Below, one piece after another: positions 54,843 through 63,367 of a stretch of 64,000 nt of DNA. Positions within the stretch are counted from its first letter, which is position 1. The number at the start of each line of letters is the position of its first letter. Under the pieces are notes generated by a model that saw nothing but the letters and a program-made list of their open reading frames with translations, was not told the origin of the DNA and searched no databases. Source of the stretch: a virus; the IMG/VR virus record IMGVR_UViG_3300018877_000005, positions 1,523 through 65,522 of that record; one strand, written 5' to 3'. The translations under genes were made by a program, and so were the position numbers.

Positions 54843-55847
54843 TCACGCGACAAGTGACCGCAGGATGGCCGCGTAACCGCCTTCCGCCTCCTCGTGGTCA
54901 AGGTCAAATCTACGTTTGATGTCAGCAATGTAGTCGGTTTCGCGCTCGACCAAGATTGCATTCCTCCCTTCATCCAGCGCGGCTTGTCCTGTCGTACCCG
55001 ATCCTGAGAACGGATCGAGAACAAAACCATACTTGGGAGTCACCAGTCTGACAAGATGTCGCAGAAGTGCGACGGGCTTAACGGTTGCGTGATCGGAGCC
55101 GGCGCGGTCCTCTTTCGTGGCCTTGCCGTGGTGGAAGATATTGGCCTCCAAGGGAAAGCTCGCGAAATACTCCAGGGGCACCCGTGCTCCGACCTCGGGC
55201 GAACCATCTGTGAGTAAGTTCGACGGCCAGCGGTCGCCGGGACCGCGACAGGCATCGACGTTCATCGCCCCTGCGCCATGCTTCAGGACGTTCGCGATCC
55301 CGGTCTTTTCCGAGAACGGCTTCTGAGCGACGTAGATCGGCTCCAGGGCCGGTTTCAGGGTTTGGGTGGAATGATACCATCCCTCCCACTCTTCCGTGCC
55401 GACCGGGCTCTTTCCCGGCTTGTGGATCGCGTGCGCCTTCGGGAAGCCGGTATGATAGGTCCAGGCGATGAACGGGTGCATCTTGAAGCCCGCCGCTTCC
55501 ATGGCGACGGCTTGGTGATGCCCGGTCGAGGCGTGCGAGAAGGCGAGGCAGTAGCCGCCCGGCAGGAGCAGGTCATAGACCCGCCGCCAGAACGTCGGAT
55601 CATGCGCAATCTTGTAACCGTTGTCGCCGCCGTCCCATGTGCGCTCCATGAAGCCTCGGGATTGCCGGGCGAACCGTCCGTCGGAGCCCGCCTTCGCGGC
55701 CTTCGAGCCCTCTTTGCCGAACCGCTTGACGATGGATTCGAGGTAGTAGGGCGGGTCTGTGACGCACGAATGAACCTGCACGCCCTCGGCGGCAAGCTCC
55801 ACGAGGACATCGTTCGCGTCCCCCTCACATAAACGGACGGTCGCCAT
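54843..55847 (-). CDS. DNA methyltransferase, N6-adenine/N4-cytosine beta class
   Basis: Motif IV VTDPPY before motif I VLDPFSGSGTT; HATVKP. Confidence 0.9.
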   Translation of the reverse strand: MATVRLCEGDANDVLVELAAEGVQVHSCVTDPPYYLESIVKRFGKEGSKAAKAGSDGRFARQSRGFMERTWDGGDNGYKIAHDPTFWRRVYDLLLPGGYCLAFSHASTGHHQAVAMEAAGFKMHPFIAWTYHTGFPKAHAIHKPGKSPVGTEEWEGWYHSTQTLKPALEPIYVAQKPFSEKTGIANVLKHGAGAMNVDACRGPGDRWPSNLLTDGSPEVGARVPLEYFASFPLEANIFHHGKATKEDRAGSDHATVKPVALLRHLVRLVTPKYGFVLDPFSGSGTTGQAALDEGRNAILVERETDYIADIKRRFDLDHEEAEGGYAAILRSLVA

Positions 55848-56080
55848 TAGATCAGGTCCTCGTTCTGGCGCTTTTTGATGGGGTTGTCGCGCTTCTGTTC
55901 GTCCCGATGGCAGAGCGCGTTGTAGAGGGCGTCCACAGGGTCGGCCTGTATCTCGACCTTGTAGGCACCGGAGTCGTCCATGCGGGCGCTCACTTGGAAT
56001 CCGTCCATGACGGGCACGAGCATGATTGTTCTAATGGAGCCGTCCGCGAACGCTCGCCGGATCATCTCTTCGAGGGACAT
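55847..56080 (-). CDS. Hypothetical protein, paralog of 56080-56328
   Basis: MSLEEMIRRA...NEDLI. Confidence 0.6.
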   Translation of the reverse strand: MSLEEMIRRAFADGSIRTIMLVPVMDGFQVSARMDDSGAYKVEIQADPVDALYNALCHRDEQKRDNPIKKRQNEDLI

Positions 56081-56328
56081 CAGATCAAATCCTCAGAACG
56101 GCCCCGTAGAGGCGCGGCAGGAGGGGTTGTGGGGGTTCGGGAGGGCTTGACGTTCATCGCGCCTAGAATGGCCGCTACAACGTCCTTATCGCGGTGCCTG
56201 ACGTTGGCCTTGGCCTTCACGTCCACGTAGGCGACATCCCATCCCTTGCCGTCAGAGGAGGGAGCGATGCTCAGGTAGTTGAGACGCCCGCTCTCGGCGG
56301 CTTTGCGGAGGGTATCTTCGAGGCTCAT
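56080..56328 (-). CDS. Hypothetical protein, paralog of 55847-56080
   Basis: MSLEDTLRKA...SEDLI. Confidence 0.6.
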   Translation of the reverse strand: MSLEDTLRKAAESGRLNYLSIAPSSDGKGWDVAYVDVKAKANVRHRDKDVVAAILGAMNVKPSRTPTTPPAAPLRGRSEDLI

Positions 56329-56426
56329 CGGATGGCCCCGAGGGTGATCGCCACGGGGAGTCCGAACGCTGCAACGAAGATGAGGGCGAGGACGACTCTA
56401 GCGCCGATCTTCTCAACCTTACGCAT
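56325..56426 (-). CDS. Small membrane peptide (33 aa)
   Basis: MRKVEKIGARVVLALIFVAAFGLPVAITLGAIR. Confidence 0.4.
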   Translation of the reverse strand: MRKVEKIGARVVLALIFVAAFGLPVAITLGAIR

Positions 56427-56427
56427 C

Positions 56428-56718
56428 TCAGCCTGCCATCCCGAGGGCCTGCATGTAGAGTTCGAGGATTGCCTCTTCCTCCTGGCGCTCGGCGTAGTCG
56501 CGTTTGCGCAGGGCGATGATGCGACGGATGACCTTCGTGTCGAAGCCGTTGCCCTTGGCCTCGGCATACACCTCGCGGATGTCGCCCGAGATGCCGGCCT
56601 TCTCTTCTTCGAGGCGCTCGATCCTCTCGACAAACGCCTTCAGTTGATCGCCCGCAACCGACTCCGTGTTGAACGCACGGTCGGAGTTGTGGCCGATCAA
56701 ATCGTCATTGCGTGACAT
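56428..56718 (-). CDS. gapR: GapR (DUF2312/UPF0335) nucleoid-associated protein
   Basis: [54 protein letters not shown]. Confidence 0.93.
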   Translation of the reverse strand: MSRNDDLIGHNSDRAFNTESVAGDQLKAFVERIERLEEEKAGISGDIREVYAEAKGNGFDTKVIRRIIALRKRDYAERQEEEAILELYMQALGMAG

Positions 56719-56754
56719 GCTGTTCTCCTAGTCACTATTTGGTTGAAATTCAGG

Positions 56755-57186
56755 TCAAGCCATTTGGATCGGTTGTCCCGCGACCTCGGCCTCTGCGAAG
56801 GTGATGTAGCGGTCCAGGGCGTCCATAAAGCGGATGCGGGCAGGGACGGGACGGCGACCGGCCATATACCAACCCTCCAGGGCGTAGAACACCACGTCCT
56901 CGCCAGCCGGGATTTTGTTCGCCTCGACGTACTCGTTCATGGTGATGCGGCGATGCACGAAGCCCTGCGGCGGGTAGATGAACTCGCAATCAAGCTCGAT
57001 CCGAAGTTCTGCGACGTGCCGGGCTTTGTATAAGTCCTGCAAGCCGCCCTTGTCCCGCCAGCGGGTGAGGTACTTGAGGATCGTGTGACAGAACGAGTCC
57101 AGTTGGTTGTAGCCGCTGAACATGAACGGCTGGATGCCTCGGTTCTTGTAATGGTCGCCGCCGACCTGCGTAGCAATGGCACTCAT
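56755..57186 (-). CDS. DUF3310-like protein
   Basis: QVGGDHYK..IQP..LKYLTRWRDKGGLQDLYKA. Confidence 0.8.
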   Translation of the reverse strand: MSAIATQVGGDHYKNRGIQPFMFSGYNQLDSFCHTILKYLTRWRDKGGLQDLYKARHVAELRIELDCEFIYPPQGFVHRRITMNEYVEANKIPAGEDVVFYALEGWYMAGRRPVPARIRFMDALDRYITFAEAEVAGQPIQMA

Positions 57187-57250
57187 GATTTGCCCCTTGT
57201 TCGGTAAGGCTTGGCTCACCGTAGTTGATTTGTCAATGTTAGGTTGAGAT

Positions 57251-57997
57251 TTACCACAAATCTTCGGAGAAAAGAATGGTCGGATTACCATGCTTTTTGA
57301 TAATCTGCCCTGCCTTCGTGGCGATCTCCAGGGCTTCTTTGCGACCCACGAAGCGACCTCGCGTCGTCACGAAACCTTGCTCGCCCGTGATCGGCGTCTT
57401 GTGGCCGTTATCGGCCATGGCGCGAATGATGTCGTGGTGTCGGGCAGGGCGGGGGAGGCAGACCGGGCGTCCCTCGGAATCCTTGATCGCGGCTACGAAG
57501 ATTTCCTCGTGATCGGCGCGAATATAGTGACCCGCCTCGGTCTGCCTTAACCATACGCGAGGCTCGCTCATATGCTCCGCACAGACGACCTGACCGAACT
57601 CTTGCTGACAAACGCAATCCTCGCGGCAGAACTTCGGCTTATCGAGGCTGCGGTCATGCTCAATCGGCACGTCGCCGGCAACCTTCCGGTACACCCGTTG
57701 GTCGAGGACGACTTGCTTCGCGTCCATGGCGTCATTGAGTTGCTCACAGGTATGGCCGGCGCGATACATGGAGTCGAGCACGAGGAACATGAGGTCCGCA
57801 AACTCCATGATGTCTCTCGGAGCCTCGGCGGCTTCGAGGGCTTCCTTCGAGAGATGCTTCAGGGGGCCGACAGGGCCGCGCTCATCGCGGTCCCCGAAGT
57901 TCCTTACCGACCACTCGCGATGTCTTGCGACGGTCTCGGCCCGCAGGACAAAACCGTACTGCGGGGATGCGTCTCGTGTTGCAATGTTCGTTGTCAT
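57251..57997 (-). CDS. DUF550-like dATP/dGTP pyrophosphohydrolase fused to a phage hypothetical domain
   Basis: GPVGPLKHLSKEALEA..EFADLMFLVLD..RAG; C-terminal PARHHDII..QGFVT..GRFVGR.EA..IA. Confidence 0.75.
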   Translation of the reverse strand: MTTNIATRDASPQYGFVLRAETVARHREWSVRNFGDRDERGPVGPLKHLSKEALEAAEAPRDIMEFADLMFLVLDSMYRAGHTCEQLNDAMDAKQVVLDQRVYRKVAGDVPIEHDRSLDKPKFCREDCVCQQEFGQVVCAEHMSEPRVWLRQTEAGHYIRADHEEIFVAAIKDSEGRPVCLPRPARHHDIIRAMADNGHKTPITGEQGFVTTRGRFVGRKEALEIATKAGQIIKKHGNPTILFSEDLW

Positions 57998-58009
57998 GAT
58001 CGTTCGTCC

Positions 58010-58792
58010 TTAAACGGCAACTTTGCCTTTGATGGATGGGTGAGCTTGATAATCGAGGACGAGGAAATCCTCGAACTTGTAATCGAAGATGGAGTCCGGC
58101 TTGCGGGCGAACTTCAGCGTCGGAAGAGGGTAGGGCTTCCGCGTCATTTGGAGCGCCAGTTGCGGGACATGGTTCTTGTAGATATGCACGTCACCGCCGC
58201 TCCAAATAAGCTCGCCAGGATGCAGGTCGCATTGCTGCGCAAGCATGTGGAGGAGGGACGCATAGAACGCGATGTTGAAGGGTACGCCGATGAACACGTC
58301 TGCGGACCTCTGTTGCACCATGAGATTGAGCTTGCCGTTAATCACCATGACCTGAAAAGCCATGTGGCACGGGTGTAGCGCCATGTCGTCAAGTTCACCC
58401 ACGTTCCACGCTGAAACGACCATGCGGCGGGAGTCGGGGTTCGTCTTGATCTCATGCACGAGCCACGAGATTTGATCGATGCGATCATCCCACTTGCGCC
58501 ATTGCGCACCATACACCGGCCCGAGATTGCCGTACTCGTCCGCCCATTTATCCCAAATGCTGACGCCGTTCTCTTGCAGGTAGCGGACGTTCGTGTCACC
58601 GCTCAACATCCACAGAAGCTCATGGATGATCGATTTGAGGTGGAGCTTCTTCGTGGTGAGGAGTGGAAACCCGTCACGCATGTCAAAGCGCATCATGTGA
58701 CCCGAGAGCCGGATCGTGCCGGTTCCCGTGCGGTCCTCGGACTCTTCACCTTCGTTGAGGATGCGCTCGACCAGATCGAGATATTGCTTCAT
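58010..58792 (-). CDS. thyA: Thymidylate synthase
   Basis: [49 protein letters not shown]. Confidence 0.97.
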   Translation of the reverse strand: MKQYLDLVERILNEGEESEDRTGTGTIRLSGHMMRFDMRDGFPLLTTKKLHLKSIIHELLWMLSGDTNVRYLQENGVSIWDKWADEYGNLGPVYGAQWRKWDDRIDQISWLVHEIKTNPDSRRMVVSAWNVGELDDMALHPCHMAFQVMVINGKLNLMVQQRSADVFIGVPFNIAFYASLLHMLAQQCDLHPGELIWSGGDVHIYKNHVPQLALQMTRKPYPLPTLKFARKPDSIFDYKFEDFLVLDYQAHPSIKGKVAV

Positions 58793-58925
58793 TGGACAAC
58801 CCTATTGTCACCATTAGGTTGACGTTATGAGCGCGGTTTTATCGTTTTGCAAGGGGAAGATCGCAAAGACAGCCTCACACAAGCATCTCGGGCTTAGGTG
58901 CCGACTGAGATCATAGGGGGTTCGG

Positions 58926-60422
58926 ATGAGTCTTTACGGCGTTCTGCGTAGCGGCGTCTCTGGCATGAATGCGCAATCGAATAAGCTAGGGACCGTGGCC
59001 GATAACATTCAGAACTCAAGCACGAACGGCTACAAGCGTGCCTCGACGGAGTTCTCATCCCTCATCCTGCCGTCGGGCGAGGGGAGCTATAACTCGGGCT
59101 CCGTGACGAGTCGGGTCCGCTATACAATATCCGACCAAGGGCCGATTGCTTACACGACATCCTCGTCAGACTTGGCGATCTCGGGCAACGGCTTCTTTGT
59201 GGTCACTGACGCAAGCGGCTCACCCTACCTGACCCGCGCCGGAAACTTCGTCAAAGACGGGCGGACGGGCGACCTTGTCAATGCTGCCGGCTTTACCCTG
59301 ATGGGCTACAAGTTAGGGGAGGGGGCCGTGAACCCCGCTCTGAACAGCCTCGACGGTGCCGTGCCGGTCAACATGGCGTCTTTCGCTATGCAGGCGACCG
59401 CCTCGACGCAGGGGACGTTCACGGGCAATCTGCCGTATGGTGCCCCTATCGCGGTGGCGGTAGGGGTGGGCACCCCCGCCGATCCGGCAGCAACCCCACC
59501 TGTGTCTGGAAGCGTGCTTTTCCCGCCACCCGCTATGCAGAGCGGGGAGAAGGTCAAGTTCTCGGTTGGAGGTGGACCGGAGCAAACGTTTGTCATCACG
59601 ACACAAAAGACCGTTGCCGATCTCGCAGACGACATTAACGCCGCCGTAGCTGCCGGCACTCTCACCGGAGTCAGTGCATCGACAACAGCCGATGGTGAAT
59701 TGGTACTGACCTCGACCGACCCCCTCAACAATACGGACGTAACGGGGACCTACACGTCCGTAACCAAAGCCTCGTCGCTTCAGGTTTACGATAAGGTTGG
59801 CAACCCGATCAAGATCGATATTGCCCTGTCCAAGATCAGCGCGACACAATGGAGTATCACCGTTCTCAACGGCTCCGATCCCACGTCGTCGCTGACCGGC
59901 ACGACAACAATGATGTTGAACTTCGATGCCGACGGACAGCTTACCGGCCCATCGACGCTGACGTTTGACATCCCTGGCGGCGAACCGTTCACGCTCGATA
60001 TGGGCGGTACTACGCACCTCGCGGGCGACTACAGCGTCACCGGCACGTCGAACGGCAATGCCCCCTCGGCGGTGAAGGATGTCGAGTTCGGAGCCGACGG
60101 GACGGTCTACGCGGTCTATGAGGATGGCACCCGAGTCGGCGCTTATCGGATTCCGCTTGCGAACGTCGCGAGCCCTGACAACCTCAACCCTCGTGCCGGG
60201 AATGTCTATGAGCCGACCGCAAGCTCAGGCGGCTACCAAGTCGGCTTTCCCGAGGAGTCGGGCTTCGGCTCTATCGCCTCGGGAGCCCTGGAAGGATCGA
60301 ACGTCGATATTGGTACGGAGCTAACGGCCATGATCGAAGCTCAGACCAGCTACACGGCCAACTCGAAGGTGTTCCAGACGGGTTCCGAGTTGCTCGATGT
60401 CCTTATGAACCTGAAGCGTTAA
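58926..60422 (+). CDS. flgE: Flagellar hook protein FlgE, rhizobial type, with an internal extra domain
   Basis: GVSGMNAQSNKLGTVADNIQNSSTNGYK, DLAISGNGFFVV, YLTRAGNF, LEGSNVDIGTELTAMIEAQTSYTANSKVFQT; AGGGGG RBS. Confidence 0.95.
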   Translation: MSLYGVLRSGVSGMNAQSNKLGTVADNIQNSSTNGYKRASTEFSSLILPSGEGSYNSGSVTSRVRYTISDQGPIAYTTSSSDLAISGNGFFVVTDASGSPYLTRAGNFVKDGRTGDLVNAAGFTLMGYKLGEGAVNPALNSLDGAVPVNMASFAMQATASTQGTFTGNLPYGAPIAVAVGVGTPADPAATPPVSGSVLFPPPAMQSGEKVKFSVGGGPEQTFVITTQKTVADLADDINAAVAAGTLTGVSASTTADGELVLTSTDPLNNTDVTGTYTSVTKASSLQVYDKVGNPIKIDIALSKISATQWSITVLNGSDPTSSLTGTTTMMLNFDADGQLTGPSTLTFDIPGGEPFTLDMGGTTHLAGDYSVTGTSNGNAPSAVKDVEFGADGTVYAVYEDGTRVGAYRIPLANVASPDNLNPRAGNVYEPTASSGGYQVGFPEESGFGSIASGALEGSNVDIGTELTAMIEAQTSYTANSKVFQTGSELLDVLMNLKR

Positions 60423-61138
60423 TCTCCTACCTTTGAGGAAGCGGCTTCGGCCGCTTCAGCACGTCGGATTGCTTGTTCCAGAGATTCACGGTTCTCACGC
60501 CGTAGCTGACGATATGCCTTGTTCTCCTCCTCCAGTTCCTTGTTCTTCTGGTGGAGGGTGAGGAGTTCGGAATACTCTGAACGATCCCCGAGGATGCCGA
60601 GGTATTCACGAAATAGCTTTTCAGGGAGAACCCTGGTCGCCCATGCGTAGATGCGTGTCAGCAAGTCTTTCCGGCGTTTGTCGCTCTGCTGGAGGGTGAG
60701 GAGGGCTTGGAGAACCATCGTCACGGCATGCCCGGCAGATGCAGGCTGTTCACGTTCAGGGATCAGCCCCTCCAGTTTATCGAGCGCAGAGGACAGGCCG
60801 TCCCAATACTCCTGCGGAACCTCTGGAGGGTTTGCGTTTGCCGTGTTGTCGCAAAGGTTCCATGCTGCCCGAACGACTTCACGGGTGGCCTCCACCAGCC
60901 CCGCATAGTCCGTCCCGGTGGGGAGGGGGGAGGCGAGAACCGCAATGAGCTTAAGAGCATCCTCAGCCGTGCTGCGGTACTCTGCTTTGTGCGGCTCATC
61001 TTCCCATTCAATATGGTGTTCGGGCGCGAAGCGGTGCCAGAGCAGTTTAGCAAGTTCTTCGCTTGCCTCACTCCCGGTAGTCTCAGGAAGTGAGGGAGTT
61101 GCGCTATTGACCCGTTCCTGTCTGTCATTGAGTTCCAT
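60419..61138 (-). CDS. Hypothetical protein with C-terminal coiled coil
   Basis: GGAGG RBS, upstream TATAAT on the minus strand; shares the TTAA stop overlap with flgE. Confidence 0.6.
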   Translation of the reverse strand: MELNDRQERVNSATPSLPETTGSEASEELAKLLWHRFAPEHHIEWEDEPHKAEYRSTAEDALKLIAVLASPLPTGTDYAGLVEATREVVRAAWNLCDNTANANPPEVPQEYWDGLSSALDKLEGLIPEREQPASAGHAVTMVLQALLTLQQSDKRRKDLLTRIYAWATRVLPEKLFREYLGILGDRSEYSELLTLHQKNKELEEENKAYRQLRRENRESLEQAIRRAEAAEAASSKVGD

Positions 61139-61213
61139 TGACCACCTCCAATTCCTTAATCATTTCAAGGACTTAGGTTCCATAATCTTCATTATACGAA
61201 TCCGCGATCGATC

Positions 61214-61396
61214 TTAAATCGTCGGGTAGTTGTCCCGCACAATCTCCAGAAGGACGCGCTTCAAATCCTCGACCGTCTGCGCACCTTCGATCTCTTGCAC
61301 TAGCTCCTCCCCCCGAACGATCTTCGCGGCGGTTTGGACGCTAATGCCGTGCGCATCTCGAAGCTCCCTTACACGATCCCCGTCCATCTCACGCAC
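61214..61396 (-). CDS. Small hypothetical protein, possibly HTH-like
   Basis: ORF track. Confidence 0.5.
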   Translation of the reverse strand: MREMDGDRVRELRDAHGISVQTAAKIVRGEELVQEIEGAQTVEDLKRVLLEIVRDNYPTI

Positions 61397-61913
61397 CCTC
61401 CGGTAGCTCGTACCAAGCGTCGAATTGGTTGAGCCATTGATTGAGCGTCATCTCCGGTGGGTAGTTATCGGACCCGAACGCTTCGACGTTCCCATTCCAT
61501 TCCCGCTTGAACCTCTCCACGATCCTGCGCATGTGAAGGACGAACGTGTCAACGCAGACGGGATCAATCTCTGAAATGTTCCCCACATCCGAGGCACCGA
61601 CGTTCATAGCCCCGCGCAACTGTGCAAAGATCGCGTCAATCTCAGCGTTCACGCGGTTGAGCGGCTGCTTCAGGATTTCCTCACACCGGGCGTCGTTCTC
61701 GAAACCGAGTACGAGGGCATTTTGAAAGGCCCGCTCGATCCTCAGTTTCGCATTGCCGCTCAGAACGTCTCGGATCACCATACGCAGCCGGGCGTTCTCG
61801 TTCTCGGACGCCACAAGGGCCTTTGCAAGACCCTCCCGCAGAGACTCCGTGTGACAATGTGCTTGGTGAAGCTGCTTGTAGTCCTCGTCCGTGTAGTGTT
61901 GCTTGCTCATCAT
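61389..61913 (-). CDS. Hypothetical protein
   Basis: ATGA overlap, GGAGG RBS. Confidence 0.55.
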   Translation of the reverse strand: MMSKQHYTDEDYKQLHQAHCHTESLREGLAKALVASENENARLRMVIRDVLSGNAKLRIERAFQNALVLGFENDARCEEILKQPLNRVNAEIDAIFAQLRGAMNVGASDVGNISEIDPVCVDTFVLHMRRIVERFKREWNGNVEAFGSDNYPPEMTLNQWLNQFDAWYELPEGA

Positions 61914-62308
61914 ACACCTCCCATCTTCACGCCGGCCAGGACGAGCCCGCGCTCGAAGGCTTCGAGAACCTCGTCCGTGAACGTCTCGAAGTGCATGTGT
62001 TCGATCTCGCGCTTGATCTTCCACATGCGGTCCCGGCGCTTGGTTCGCTCGATCTGCACCGAAATCTCTGCGTCCGCCGTCTCGTCCCAAATTATGAGTG
62101 ATGGGCGATTGTAGCTATACTCTCCCGCTTGGTACGCCGTGCGACCGTCAGGCCAGGGACTCCATTGCTTGCGTGTCTTGTCGCCTGTGAGGATGAAGCG
62201 CCCGGTCTTATAGACCTTCTCAACAAAAGCCTCTTTGTATCTGGCGTCACCATGGCGACCGTAACGGAGTGCAACGCGGGCACCCTCCACGAACTTTGAT
62301 TCAGCCAC
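61910..62308 (-). CDS. Hypothetical protein
   Basis: ORF track. Confidence 0.6.
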   Translation of the reverse strand: MAESKFVEGARVALRYGRHGDARYKEAFVEKVYKTGRFILTGDKTRKQWSPWPDGRTAYQAGEYSYNRPSLIIWDETADAEISVQIERTKRRDRMWKIKREIEHMHFETFTDEVLEAFERGLVLAGVKMGGV

Positions 62309-62603
62309 GGTTCTTCTCCGCTCTGCGCTGCATCTGGCGGAGACGGCGAGACGCCTCCCTCCCCTGCTTTCCGCGCCACGTTGCCAGATCGACCGCCGTC
62401 GTCACCCTCTCTCGCGTAGTTGGTCGCGGTGTCGGGCGCTCGGGCGGAGGAGGATGCTTGTAGATGTCCCCGTGCATCATATGAGCCTCGTCTACGATGA
62501 TGACTTCCACACCCTCAAGGTCTTTGGGGATTGCCGCACCCAAAGCACCGAGTCCGCCGCACGCAGCGATGAGGTGCATGTGCTTTCCGATACCGACAAC
62601 CAT
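62301..62603 (-). CDS. Hypothetical protein
   Basis: TGATG overlap with the HD gene. Confidence 0.55.
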   Translation of the reverse strand: MVVGIGKHMHLIAACGGLGALGAAIPKDLEGVEVIIVDEAHMMHGDIYKHPPPPERPTPRPTTRERVTTAVDLATWRGKQGREASRRLRQMQRRAEKNRG

Positions 62604-63367
62604 CACAAGTCCTTCCACAGATCGGCAGCGAAGCCGTAGAGCCGATTAAACGCCCGTCCAGCGGCCAAACGCACCGGCCCGGCCAGGAACCACGGGTGAA
62701 GCTCGAAAGGCACCTCATCGCCCGCCTCTATGGCTTTATGCAGCGTCAGGAAGGCGTGCTTCGCCTGCTTCGGACTCCAGAATTGGAGCGTGATGCCGAG
62801 TCCCTCCCCTTCAATTGCCCAATCGGCAGGGGGATCGGCCATGTTTTGATCGCGCTCGTCTAACAGCGCCCGGCGATCCATGTCCTTCACGATGAACGGG
62901 ATACTCTCAGGGAGATTGAAGGCGTATGCGATCACGCCGTAGAGATCGTCCTCGATCTCCTCGTAGCCTTTAAGCTCGGGCTTAATCGGCTTGGCGACAT
63001 CGGTGAGGTACGCTTCGGGATCGTCATGATGGAGCGCGACCTTGCGCAGATGACGCGGAGCCATGAGCGCGATTAGGACGCAATGCTCGGCCACGCTATA
63101 GAAGCGGATGCAATGACCCGTGTAGCGGCATTGCATGGAGAGTGCGTGCGCGACATCGAGAATGTCGATCTCGTCGGGACGCGCATCGAGCGGCCAGAAC
63201 TGGCGACCTGTGTAGGTCTGAATCCACGAGCCTTTGCGGGGTAGGTACTTCGTTAATCCCGGCGTCCCCTGAGCTAGTGCGTTCATGCTTATCTCGTGGT
63301 TTGGTGAGTACGTGTCGAGTTTCGCAAATCGACGGAGAGTTTTGAGATGGTCGGGGTGGGGGGTCAT
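62603..63367 (-). CDS. HD-domain phosphohydrolase (YfbR / 5'-deoxynucleotidase-like)
   Basis: IQTYTG, DVAHALS..CRYTGH..YSVAEHCV, ALHHDDPEAYLTD; true start may be later (about 63283). Confidence 0.82.
   Translation of the reverse strand: MTPHPDHLKTLRRFAKLDTYSPNHEISMNALAQGTPGLTKYLPRKGSWIQTYTGRQFWPLDARPDEIDILDVAHALSMQCRYTGHCIRFYSVAEHCVLIALMAPRHLRKVALHHDDPEAYLTDVAKPIKPELKGYEEIEDDLYGVIAYAFNLPESIPFIVKDMDRRALLDERDQNMADPPADWAIEGEGLGITLQFWSPKQAKHAFLTLHKAIEAGDEVPFELHPWFLAGPVRLAAGRAFNRLYGFAADLWKDL

Noticed and set aside
58926-60422. flgE as a chromosomal flank marking a prophage boundary
   Set aside because: Phage-type genes continue on both sides and flgK/flgL/flgD neighbours are absent; only a misassembly remains to be excluded
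57251-63367. Aminoadenine (Z) genome pathway
   Set aside because: No purZ in the window, family B polymerase, and an adenine-type MTase is present; kept only as a low-interest finding
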